A stretch of 64,000 nt of DNA from Spirochaetales bacterium. Lineage in GTDB: Bacteria; Spirochaetota; Spirochaetia; JABEVK01. A model generated the notes under the pieces. That model saw only the letters and a program-made list of their open reading frames with translations. It was not told the origin of the DNA and ran no database searches. The position numbers were made by a program, and so were the translations under genes. Numbering within the stretch: the first letter of the stretch is position 1; the number at the start of each line of letters is the position of its first letter. The stretch covers positions 69,799 to 133,798 of the forward strand of contig JBAXAI010000008.1 in assembly GCA_037142615.1 (NCBI GenBank), given 5' to 3'. Below are positions 1 through 8,683 of this stretch, piece after piece.

Positions 1-1
1 A

Positions 2-685
2 ACAGGTAAGCCGGGGCTGAGGGTGCACGTGCCGTTCGCGGTGGGCAACTTCTTCGCATTTGCCGACCTTTCGCAGAGCCTCGACGCCAGCGGACTGCCG
101 CAGGACCTGCTCGAAAAAGGCAGCGCGGCAGCGAGGGTCGACACCACGCTCTTGGGGTTCAACGTTGGTGTGCAAGGTTCGTACGGCAAGACGGCCAAAC
201 CTCAGGCCGGAGCCACCTTCAGCGGGCGACTGTTGGGCATCGACCTTTGGGGCGAATACGGCGCCACCCTGCCCGTCAATGATTTCACGTACAGTTGGGC
301 GGCCAGCCTGGGCGGAGAAAAGACCTGGGAGGACTGGACCTTGCGGGGCGAGTACTTTGAAAACCCCGACGGGCACGTCGACGCCGAGTTGACCTTCCAA
401 CTGCTCAAGGACTTTACGCCGTTCCGTTGGGGCCAGCGCTACGCGTTTGCCTCGCTTTCCAAGGCGAAGTTGGTGGGGGACGCGATCGACGCCTCGGTGA
501 CCGGCATCGGCAATCTGACCGACGGCTCGTACACCGTGACCACGTCAGTGAGCACGCACTTTGCCAAAACCGTGCCGTTCAGCCTGAGCGCCCGCTACAA
601 CGGTGGCCCCGCCAAGCGTGAGTTCACGCTGCAGAATGGCACCGACGCGTGGACGTTCAGTCTCAAGAGTGTGCTGGAGTTTTAA
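2..685 (+). CDS. Hypothetical outer-membrane beta-barrel-like protein, 5'-truncated by the window edge
   Basis: Frame is open from position 2. Alternating beta-strand pattern rich in G/Y/W/F; C-terminal Phe (LKSVLEF). Confidence 0.55.
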   Translation, partial: TGKPGLRVHVPFAVGNFFAFADLSQSLDASGLPQDLLEKGSAAARVDTTLLGFNVGVQGSYGKTAKPQAGATFSGRLLGIDLWGEYGATLPVNDFTYSWAASLGGEKTWEDWTLRGEYFENPDGHVDAELTFQLLKDFTPFRWGQRYAFASLSKAKLVGDAIDASVTGIGNLTDGSYTVTTSVSTHFAKTVPFSLSARYNGGPAKREFTLQNGTDAWTFSLKSVLEF

Positions 686-1352
686 AGTCGAGGTAGTGGG
701 TCGTGGTCTTCGAGAGGTCCCAGTAGTACCCGCGCAACGCTGCCGGCATGAGGGCAGCGAGCTGGTACATCATCTCGTCGGCCATCGCCTGCCGGGCTTC
801 CGAGGTCCATTTGCCACCTTCTGGTCGTTTGACGATGAACGGGAGGCCGACGCGCAGACCAACCACAGGTTTTCGCAGGTGGGCGAGCTGCCCAAAAATG
901 CCCTGGCAGCCCCAGTTGGCAATCGGGTAGATCGGCACCTGCCGTTCACTGGCAAAGTACGTTGCGCCGGGCAGGGCACGCAACAGCACCCCGGTCTTGC
1001 TCCGCTTGCCTTCCGGGGCGATGCAAAGAAACTTTCGGTCGTCGAGTACCTTCCAGCTGCGGGCCATGGCCTGACGGTCGAGCCGTCCGCGATGCAACGG
1101 GATGGCCTTCCACGCCTGCATGAGCATCCGTGTGGCGAAGAACTTCCACAGCTCAGCTTTGGCCATGGCGATGGTGGGGCGCGGGCGCATCATCACGTAC
1201 AGCAAAGGCCCTTCCAGGTTCGACGTGTGGTTGGTGATGATGACGCCAGGGCCGACCGGCGGCAAGCGACGCATCCCCTGCACGTCGAGGCGGCAGAGCA
1301 AGCGGAACAAGTAAAAGATGACAAAATTGACGAGGGCTTCGCGGGGTTGCAT
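663..1352 (-). CDS. 1-acyl-sn-glycerol-3-phosphate / lysophospholipid acyltransferase (PlsC family)
   Basis: NHTSNLE (HxxxxD/E), APEGKRS and VPIYP acyltransferase motifs. Confidence 0.85.
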   Translation of the reverse strand: MQPREALVNFVIFYLFRLLCRLDVQGMRRLPPVGPGVIITNHTSNLEGPLLYVMMRPRPTIAMAKAELWKFFATRMLMQAWKAIPLHRGRLDRQAMARSWKVLDDRKFLCIAPEGKRSKTGVLLRALPGATYFASERQVPIYPIANWGCQGIFGQLAHLRKPVVGLRVGLPFIVKRPEGGKWTSEARQAMADEMMYQLAALMPAALRGYYWDLSKTTTHYLDFKTPAHS

Positions 1353-2020
1353 CAGAAGTAAATCTCCGTATGTATTCTAGCTTCCGCAACGCCTTTGTCT
1401 ACCAGAATCGGTAGTGCCTGCGCGATCATGCGTGCATTTCCGCACAGATAGGCCCGGTCGTAGGCGTTGGGCTCAAGTGCTTCCAACCAACCGGTGAGCC
1501 GGCCACTTCGCTGGGGGCCCCTGGGGGTCCATGGAGCAGACGGCGCCGACACGCACACCACCCGACGCTCGGCAGGGCAGAACTCGGCGGCAAAGTCATC
1601 CGCGAGGGTACGAACGCCGTGCACCAGAAAATAGTCCAATTCGGGGTTTGACCGCACAAAGGAACGGAAGGGCGCGACCCCGGTTCCGGTGGCCAAAAGA
1701 AGGAGCCGCTCGAGCGGGTGGGCCTTGGCGAGAGTAAAACGCCCTTTCGGCGCTTCGACGACCACCCGGTCGCCCGGCTCCAAGCGCGCCAGCCTCGGCG
1801 TAAGCTGCCCGCCTTCGACCCTCCGCACCAGAATCTCAAGCCAAGGATCGTCCTCACCGGAGTAGAGCGAATAGGCCCGGCTTTCGGTGCCCGGCAGGCT
1901 CACCTGAAGATGACGCCCCGCCTTCACCGGGTCATTCCGTCGTTCCAACCGAAGAACAAAGGCATCTTCCGAAAGCAGTTGCTTGCCAAGAACCCGGCGG
2001 GGCAGAACGAGATCAAACAT
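1352..2020 (-). CDS. FAD/NAD(P)-binding oxidoreductase (ferredoxin-NADP reductase-like)
   Basis: RAYSL, GGQLT, ATGTGVAPF and YLCGN motifs; aromatic C-terminus (EIYF). Confidence 0.88.
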   Translation of the reverse strand: MFDLVLPRRVLGKQLLSEDAFVLRLERRNDPVKAGRHLQVSLPGTESRAYSLYSGEDDPWLEILVRRVEGGQLTPRLARLEPGDRVVVEAPKGRFTLAKAHPLERLLLLATGTGVAPFRSFVRSNPELDYFLVHGVRTLADDFAAEFCPAERRVVCVSAPSAPWTPRGPQRSGRLTGWLEALEPNAYDRAYLCGNARMIAQALPILVDKGVAEARIHTEIYF

Positions 2021-2028
2021 GGATTCTG

Positions 2029-2092
2029 AATCTACCCTTCTGCCCGCCCTTGATCAAGGTTCATTGACAAATCCTGAGGGCAACTGTAGGCT
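2029..2092. promoter_or_regulatory. Divergent sigma70-type promoters for the oxidoreductase (-) and cimA (+)
   Basis: Minus strand: TTGATC(2057-2052)-17-TAGATT(2034-2029). Plus strand: TTGACA(2064-2069)-17-TAGGCT(2087-2092). Confidence 0.6.
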
Positions 2093-2106
2093 TTTTCGGC
2101 GGCATT

Positions 2107-3738
2107 GTGTCCGCGAAGGCGGTCAGCGTGGACAAGGTTTTTCTTTTCGACACGACCCTGAGGGACGGGATGCAGGGAACCGGCATCAACTACACCCTCA
2201 AGGACAAGCTCGAAATTGCCCGGCGCCTCGACGAGACCGGAATGGATTACATCGAAGGGGGCTTCCCGCTCGCCAACGAGAAAGAGGCCGAGTTCTTCCG
2301 CATCCTCAAAAGGGAGCCGCTGACCAAGGCGCGGCTGGCGGCCTTTGGCTCGACCCGCAAGCCAGGCAACAAGGCAGCCTCGGATCCCCACGTCCAGGCC
2401 CTGCTTGCCGCTGAAACGCCGGTGGTGGTGATTGTGGGAAAAGCGTGGATGCTGCACGTCGAGTCGGTGCTCGGCACCACGGCCGAAGAGAACTTGGCGA
2501 TGATCGACGATTCCATCCGCACGCTCAAGGCCGAAGGACGCGAAGTCATTTTCGATCTGGAGCACTTTTTCGACGGCTGGAAGGTTCACCCCGACTACAG
2601 CCGAACGGTGTTGCAAACGGCCCAGGACGCGGGCGCCGACTGGCTGGTGCCTTGCGATACCAACGGAGGCACGCTGGTGAGCGAAGTCGAGGCTATTTAC
2701 CGGTCGCTGGCGGCCATGGCCGGGGCAAAGGGAAGGGCCTTGCGTTTGGGAGCGCACTTTCATAACGACTTGGGTGTGGGGGTAGCCAATTCTCTCACCG
2801 CCGTCGAACACGGGGCCCGACAAGTACAAGGCACCATCAACGGCTGGGGCGAACGCTGCGGCAACGCCAACCTGTGTTCCATCGCGCCCAGCCTGAGCCT
2901 CAAAATGCCCTACACGATCGCGCTCGACCTGGGCCGACTGACCGAGCTTTCCCGTTACGTGAGCGAAAAGGCCAACATGATCCCCGACCGGCGCCAACCC
3001 TTTGTCGGCGAAGCGGCCTTCAGCCACAAGGCGGGCCAGCACGCCGATGTGCTCCAAAAGGCCCAAGACCTGCAGAAGGCAGGCTTCACCCACGGCGGGA
3101 TGATGGAGCACATGGACCCCAGCCTGGTGGGCAACACCCGCCGTATCCTGCTGTCGGAACTCGCCGGCAAGTCCACCGTCGCGATGAAACTCGGAAAGTT
3201 CGGCGCCTTCGACAAGAGCAGCAAGGAAGTGGCCGAACTCACGAAGCTTCTCAAGGACAAAGAGAGCGCTGGTTACGAGTACGAGGCTGCCGAGGCGAGT
3301 TTTGAGCTGCTGGTGCTGAAAGTGCTCGGCCGGTATCAACAACTGTTCGAGCTCGACAACTACCATCTGGAAAGCTACAAAACCTGGGACCGCGACAGCC
3401 AGACGGTCGGCCGGATTTTCCTGACCGCGCAGGGCAAGCGCTCCATGGGCGCCGCCGTGGGTGTTGGACCGGTAGGAGTGCTCGACAAAGCGCTGCGCAA
3501 CGCCCTCGAGGCGAGCTTCCCTTTTGTGCAGTCGCTGTCGCTGACCGACTTCTCAGTGCGGGTGCTCAACGCCGATCAGGAAGCCAGCGACAGCCGGGTG
3601 CGGGTGTTCATCAGTTGGTCCGACGGTGAGCGCACCTGGGATACCGTGGGCGTGCACGAGAACATCATCGAGGCATCGTGGCAGGCGCTGGTCGACAGCT
3701 TCGAGTATTATTGGTTGGCTTTCATCCAACCGAGTTAA
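2107..3738 (+). CDS. cimA: Citramalate synthase (DRE-TIM family, Geobacter-type)
   Basis: DTTLRDG, FDLEHFFDG, HFHND, GERCGNANL and SELAGKS motifs plus a LeuA-type regulatory C-domain. The start may instead be GTG 2128. Confidence 0.88.
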   Translation: MSAKAVSVDKVFLFDTTLRDGMQGTGINYTLKDKLEIARRLDETGMDYIEGGFPLANEKEAEFFRILKREPLTKARLAAFGSTRKPGNKAASDPHVQALLAAETPVVVIVGKAWMLHVESVLGTTAEENLAMIDDSIRTLKAEGREVIFDLEHFFDGWKVHPDYSRTVLQTAQDAGADWLVPCDTNGGTLVSEVEAIYRSLAAMAGAKGRALRLGAHFHNDLGVGVANSLTAVEHGARQVQGTINGWGERCGNANLCSIAPSLSLKMPYTIALDLGRLTELSRYVSEKANMIPDRRQPFVGEAAFSHKAGQHADVLQKAQDLQKAGFTHGGMMEHMDPSLVGNTRRILLSELAGKSTVAMKLGKFGAFDKSSKEVAELTKLLKDKESAGYEYEAAEASFELLVLKVLGRYQQLFELDNYHLESYKTWDRDSQTVGRIFLTAQGKRSMGAAVGVGPVGVLDKALRNALEASFPFVQSLSLTDFSVRVLNADQEASDSRVRVFISWSDGERTWDTVGVHENIIEASWQALVDSFEYYWLAFIQPS

Positions 3739-5053
3739 CCATGGTCACCGGCTGACGGGTGGCCTCGATCACGTCGCGCCACAGGCTCCCCTTGGGATTC
3801 ACGTAATTCCGGTTCTTCGTGGCCATTTTGATGGGCACGTGAACAAACTTGTTGCTCCACAACGAGACCAGCATTTTGGTGCGCCCGGTCATCGCCGCAT
3901 GAACGGCGTTGGCGCCCAGGCGCGCGCAGTAGAGCGAGTCGTTCGGGTCGGCAGGAGCCGAGCGGATGATGTAGCTGGGGTCGATGTAGCGAAGGTTGAC
4001 TTCCATCTTTTCGGCCTTGAAATACTCGCTGATCTTGTCGCGCAGGTAGACCCCGATGTCGGCCAGCTTCTTGTTGCCTGAGGCGTCCTTCTCGTCGGTC
4101 TCGGCCAGATACTTCTGACCGGCTCCTTCAGCGACAATGATGACCGCGTGCTTGCGGGCCAACAGTCGCTTCTTGAGCGCAGCCAGGAAGCCACTGGGCC
4201 CGTCGAGGTCAAAGTCGACCTCGGGAATCAGCACGAAATTGACCTCGGTGGAAGCCAGCGCGGTGTGGCTGGCGATGAAACCCGAGTCGCGGCCCATCAC
4301 TTTGACCAAGCCGATGCCGTGAATGGCGGCGTCGGCCTCGACGTGGGCGCCAGTGACGACCTGAACAGCTTTGCTGACCGCCGTCTCAAAACCGAAAGAC
4401 TTCTGGATGAAGCTGAGGTCGTTGTCGATGGTTTTGGGCACGCCGACAACGGCCACGCGCAGGTTGCGGCGCTCAATCTCTTCGGCCAGCGCGAGAGCGG
4501 CCTTCTGGGTGCCGTCGCCCCCGATGGTGAACAGCATGTTGAGGTTCATGCGCTCGATGGCATCAACCACGGCCGGGATGTCGCCGCCACCGCGGCTGGA
4601 GCCGAGCATGGTGCCGCCGATCTTGTGAATGTCGTCGACGATATCGGGATTCAGTTCCACCACCGGGAAATTGTACTCGGGCAAAAAGCCCTTGAGACCG
4701 TACTGAATGCCGGTGATCCGGCGTACGCCATACCCGTACCACAGATTGCGCACCAGCGAGCGGATCACGTCGTTGAGGCCCGGGCACAGGCCGCCGCAAG
4801 TGACAATCGCGGCGTGGACGTGGTTGGGGTTGAAGTAGATTTTTTGCCGCGGGCCGGCCTTTTCCATCATGGTGCCGACGCCCTGGGGTGGGTTTTCCCT
4901 GCCCTGAAAGGCATACACATCCCAAACGATGAACTCGCTGTCGGTGACGTAGTTGCTGTGCACCAGACCGGTGGAATTGGCGTACTGAAGCGGGTTGTTC
5001 AGCTTGCATTCGCCTAGCGCTTCGATGGAGAAATCCAGCTCGTGCTCAATCAT
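3722..5053 (-). CDS. pfkA: ATP-dependent 6-phosphofructokinase (group X / spirochete type)
   Basis: TCGGLCPGLN, GGDGT, PKTIDND, MGRDSG and IDPSYIIRS motifs. Start set to ATG 5053, after an AAGGGG SD. Confidence 0.9.
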   Translation of the reverse strand: MIEHELDFSIEALGECKLNNPLQYANSTGLVHSNYVTDSEFIVWDVYAFQGRENPPQGVGTMMEKAGPRQKIYFNPNHVHAAIVTCGGLCPGLNDVIRSLVRNLWYGYGVRRITGIQYGLKGFLPEYNFPVVELNPDIVDDIHKIGGTMLGSSRGGGDIPAVVDAIERMNLNMLFTIGGDGTQKAALALAEEIERRNLRVAVVGVPKTIDNDLSFIQKSFGFETAVSKAVQVVTGAHVEADAAIHGIGLVKVMGRDSGFIASHTALASTEVNFVLIPEVDFDLDGPSGFLAALKKRLLARKHAVIIVAEGAGQKYLAETDEKDASGNKKLADIGVYLRDKISEYFKAEKMEVNLRYIDPSYIIRSAPADPNDSLYCARLGANAVHAAMTGRTKMLVSLWSNKFVHVPIKMATKNRNYVNPKGSLWRDVIEATRQPVTMVNSVG

Positions 5054-5124
5054 CGGGGTCCCCTTGATCTCAGAGTTCACCCCCATTGTTCCCTGAAAGG
5101 GCACCCGCACGCAAGAGGGCTGGC

Positions 5125-5153
5125 TTGCGCTGGTTCTCGTGCTGGGCGATAAT
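5125..5153 (+). promoter_or_regulatory. sigma70 promoter of glgX, probably leaderless
   Basis: TTGCGC-17-GATAAT, then 6 nt, then ATG 5160. Confidence 0.55.
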
Positions 5154-5159
5154 GGGACG

Positions 5160-7262
5160 ATGATCCAGACTGAACCCGGAAGTCCTTACGTCCTTGGTGC
5201 GACTCCCGGCGACCGAGGGTGCAACTTTGCTCTGTTTTCCAAAAACGCCACCGCCGTGGAACTGCTGCTTTTTCCGAAGGCCGAGAGCTCTCTTCCCAGC
5301 GAACGCCTGATTTTCGACAGCGTGGTGAACAAAACGGGCGATATCTGGCATATGTTCGTGCCGACCGTCGCCCCGGGTCAGCTGTATGGGTATTCGCTCG
5401 AAGGCCCCTGGGAGCCCCTGACTTCGGGCCACCGCTTCAACGCCGAGAAACTGCTGCTCGACCCGTACGGCAAGGCCGTCGTTGGCGGCCACGATTGGAA
5501 TCGGCCAGAAGCCTACGCCTACGACTGGAACGATCCTCGCGGAGACCTGAGCCTGTCGCGCGTCAACAACTTCGCGGCGGCGGCGAAATCAGCCGTCGTT
5601 TCTTCCGACGCGTTTGACTGGGAGCGCGACAAACCCCTGAACATTCCGCTCAAGGACGCGGTGATCTACGAGACTCATGTGCGCTCGCTTACACGGGATG
5701 CCTCGGCCGGCTGCCAGGCTCCTGGCTCGTACCTGGCGTTGCGTGAGAAGATTCCCTACCTCAAGGACCTGGGCATCAACTGCGTGGAGCTTATGCCCAT
5801 TCACGAGTTCAACCCGAGCGAGAACACCAAGACCAACCCCGAGACCGGAGAACCCCTGGTGAACTTCTGGGGCTACTCGACGATGAACTTCTTCAGCCCG
5901 GCGTCGTGGTACGCTTCGGACGGCGACGGACGGACAGCCGTGAGCGAGTTCAAGGCTCTGGTGAAGGACTTCCATGAGTCCGGAATCGAAGTGATCCTCG
6001 ACGTCGTGTACAACCACACGGCCGAGGGCAACGAATACGGCCCAACTTTTTGCTTCCGGGGTCTCGACAACTCGATTTACTACATGCTCGAAGACAACCG
6101 TTTCTACAAGAACTACTCGGGCTGCGGCAACACCCTCAACTGCAACCATCCGGTGGTCCGACGGCTTATCCTCGATAGCCTGCGCTACTGGGTGGTCGAC
6201 ATGCACGTCGATGGCTTCCGCTTTGATCTTGCGGCGATTTTGGGCAGAGGCGAAGAAGGGGAATGGATTCCGAACTACTCGGTACTCAACGACATCGCCA
6301 ACGACCCCATTCTCAGCAACAGCAAGATCATCGCTGAAGGCTGGGACGCGGCGGGTCTGTTCAAGGTGGGGGCCTTTCCCCGTGGATGGGCAGAGTGGAA
6401 CTCGCACTACCGCGATGACATGCGCTCGTTGGTCAAGTCGGACTTCGGAGTGGTGCCCCGGGCCGCCACGCGCCTTTCGGGTTCTTCCGACCTGTTTCAT
6501 GTGGCCAGCCGCCGCCCTTGGCACAGCATCAACTTTATCACGGCGCACGACGGGTTCACTCTGGCCGACCTGGTGAGCTATAGCTCCAAGCACAACTGGG
6601 CCAACGCCGAACACAACCAAGACGGAAACTCGCACAACCTGAGTTGGAATTGCGGCGTGGAAGGCCTTTCCCGCGACCCCGGCATTCAAGAAACCCGTCG
6701 TCGCCAGCGCCGCAACCTGATGACCCTCTTGTTGGTTTCGCAAGGCACACCGATGCTACAGGGAGGCGACGAGCTCGGTGCCACCAAGTTCGGCAACAAC
6801 AATACCTACTGTCACGATAACCGCCTCAACTGGATGGACTGGAGCCTGCTCGAGACGCAGCCCGAGTTCCACGCCTTCACCCGCTTTCTCATCCACTTCC
6901 GCAAGAACCATCCGGCCCTTCGACGCGAAGCCTTCTTCCAGGGTGGCAGCGACATCGAGTGGCGAAACCCTGCCGGAGCCTCGCCAGACTGGAACGACGC
7001 AGGGCTCTGCCTTTCGGCTCTGTTGCACGGCCGACGCGAAGCCACCCTGGCGACCCACGATGACAACAACCTGTTTCTGGCGCTGAACTTCCACTGGGAG
7101 GCCCGCAGCTTTGTGTTGCCGGTACCTGCACAGGGAAGACGCTGGACCGAAGTCGTCAATACCGCCACCGAACCGGGATTTTCGGCCCCCGAGTCGGGCC
7201 CGACGGTCAGCGGCTCTGTTCGTCTGGATGGACGAAGTATCGTTGTCCTTGTGGAGGCCTAG
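5160..7262 (+). CDS. glgX: Glycogen debranching enzyme / isoamylase (CBM48 + GH13_11)
   Basis: NFWGY, DVVYNHT, DGFRFDLA, IAEGWD and FITAHDGFTL motifs. Confidence 0.93.
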   Translation: MIQTEPGSPYVLGATPGDRGCNFALFSKNATAVELLLFPKAESSLPSERLIFDSVVNKTGDIWHMFVPTVAPGQLYGYSLEGPWEPLTSGHRFNAEKLLLDPYGKAVVGGHDWNRPEAYAYDWNDPRGDLSLSRVNNFAAAAKSAVVSSDAFDWERDKPLNIPLKDAVIYETHVRSLTRDASAGCQAPGSYLALREKIPYLKDLGINCVELMPIHEFNPSENTKTNPETGEPLVNFWGYSTMNFFSPASWYASDGDGRTAVSEFKALVKDFHESGIEVILDVVYNHTAEGNEYGPTFCFRGLDNSIYYMLEDNRFYKNYSGCGNTLNCNHPVVRRLILDSLRYWVVDMHVDGFRFDLAAILGRGEEGEWIPNYSVLNDIANDPILSNSKIIAEGWDAAGLFKVGAFPRGWAEWNSHYRDDMRSLVKSDFGVVPRAATRLSGSSDLFHVASRRPWHSINFITAHDGFTLADLVSYSSKHNWANAEHNQDGNSHNLSWNCGVEGLSRDPGIQETRRRQRRNLMTLLLVSQGTPMLQGGDELGATKFGNNNTYCHDNRLNWMDWSLLETQPEFHAFTRFLIHFRKNHPALRREAFFQGGSDIEWRNPAGASPDWNDAGLCLSALLHGRREATLATHDDNNLFLALNFHWEARSFVLPVPAQGRRWTEVVNTATEPGFSAPESGPTVSGSVRLDGRSIVVLVEA

Positions 7263-7264
7263 TG

Positions 7265-7792
7265 ATGCGTTCGATTTTGGCACTTCTTATGACCCTTGGC
7301 GCGGCCGGGCTCTCGGCCCAGGCCCTTGTGGTGAATCTGGGCCCGACCCATCCGGTCTTCCACTGGAAGACGACTTCGGGGGTCAGCAGCGTGACGCTAC
7401 CCCCCGGCCAGGGGATGACTCTGGTCGGGGGCGAGCTGACCGTACCGGGTCTGGGCAACCTGCCGCTCGCCGACGGAGAGGTTCTGTACCAAGCCCGGAT
7501 CGGTGGCCGCGATGTGCTCTACCGTCTGGGACCGCTGCAAACCTTGGTGGTGAATCAAAGCGGCAGGCCCCTTACCGTCCGTTTGGCTGGGGACCCCAAG
7601 AGCCAAGCTCTTGCCGCCGAGGGATTGTTGGCCAGTGGAAGTTTCGCTCTGGCCGAGTGGCCCGACGGGCTGCTGCTGTCGCTCGACTGGTCCGACGGCG
7701 CGGCCGACACGGGAACGAGCCTGCTCGAAGCCGGCCATCTGTACCGGCTCTTGCCCAAGGCTCCCGAATCGGAAGTCAGCCGCTGGGAATAG
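7265..7792 (+). CDS. Hypothetical exported protein
   Basis: GGAGG SD within the glgX end. Signal peptide MRSILALLMTLGAAGLSA-Q. GTG 7262 is an alternative start. Confidence 0.6.
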   Translation: MRSILALLMTLGAAGLSAQALVVNLGPTHPVFHWKTTSGVSSVTLPPGQGMTLVGGELTVPGLGNLPLADGEVLYQARIGGRDVLYRLGPLQTLVVNQSGRPLTVRLAGDPKSQALAAEGLLASGSFALAEWPDGLLLSLDWSDGAADTGTSLLEAGHLYRLLPKAPESEVSRWE

Positions 7793-8345
7793 ACTCCTGG
7801 GCAAACAAACTCTGCTGCAGCGACAAAATGAGTTCCACCTCGCCTTGAGTGGCTCCCGTCAACGTGGCAATTTCGTTCGGACTTCGTCCAGCGGCGCGAT
7901 ATTCGAGGACCTTCTGCTTGAGGGACTTGGGCGGCGGTGGCACCTCGACGCGGGCGATCGGCTCAGGAACAGGAACGGGAACGGGTTCCGGCACCACAGC
8001 AACTTCGAGCGCGACAGCAGGGATTGACTCTGGCTCGGGCAAGGGACGGCGCATCTGGGCGTAGGTTTCGGTAGCCCGGTCGCGGCGGTCGAGCTCTCTC
8101 TGCAGGAGCATCACTTTTTGGTCGGCCTTGCCCAGCAGACCTTCCATTTCCGACAGGCGCTGTTCGAGCACACCGATGTTGCGCTCGGCCGAGAGATTGA
8201 GCTCGCGTACCATGGAATCAATCTCGGTCTGCACATTCTTCAGTAGGTCCGTGGCGTTCAGTTGCTGCTCGATGCGCCCACGCAGGTACAAAAACAACAG
8301 AAACTGGACCGCCGTTGCCAGCAAAAGGGAAATCAGAAGATCCAT
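7776..8345 (-). CDS. Conserved hypothetical membrane-anchored coiled-coil protein with C-terminal HTH-like motif (end of the flagellar cluster)
   Basis: N-terminal TM helix, coiled coil, Pro-rich linker, then SPNEIATLTGATQGEVELIL. Confidence 0.7.
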   Translation of the reverse strand: MDLLISLLLATAVQFLLFLYLRGRIEQQLNATDLLKNVQTEIDSMVRELNLSAERNIGVLEQRLSEMEGLLGKADQKVMLLQRELDRRDRATETYAQMRRPLPEPESIPAVALEVAVVPEPVPVPVPEPIARVEVPPPPKSLKQKVLEYRAAGRSPNEIATLTGATQGEVELILSLQQSLFAQESIPSG

Positions 8346-8347
8346 GG

Positions 8348-8683
8348 TCAGCCCTTCAGATCGATGTGACGGCCAAGTTCTGGGTCGGTGAAGCCTTCGG
8401 CCTTTTCGTCTTCGGTCTCTTCTTCCGTGCCGGTACCTTGGCCGGGGGCTTTTTTGCCACCCTTGCGGCCGCCGTCGCCGTGCACTTTGGTCGAATTGCC
8501 ATCCGAAGTCTCGGCTCCCGTTTCGGTGCGGTTCACGGTGTGGCGCATCGCCTCGTCTTCCTTGGTCAGTTTTTGGGCCTCGGCCAACTGCTGGTTGTGG
8601 ACCGCGTCGCGGGACTGAGCCGTTTCTTTGCCCACCTTGTCGAGGTTCATGTACAGCGTCTGGAGGTCAAGGGGCCGGATCAC
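8348..8683 (-). CDS. Conserved hypothetical protein downstream of fapA
   Basis: RPLDLQ N-terminus and DPELGRHIDLKG C-terminus, as seen in flagellar clusters; overlaps the fapA stop. Confidence 0.75.
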   Translation of the reverse strand: MIRPLDLQTLYMNLDKVGKETAQSRDAVHNQQLAEAQKLTKEDEAMRHTVNRTETGAETSDGNSTKVHGDGGRKGGKKAPGQGTGTEEETEDEKAEGFTDPELGRHIDLKG

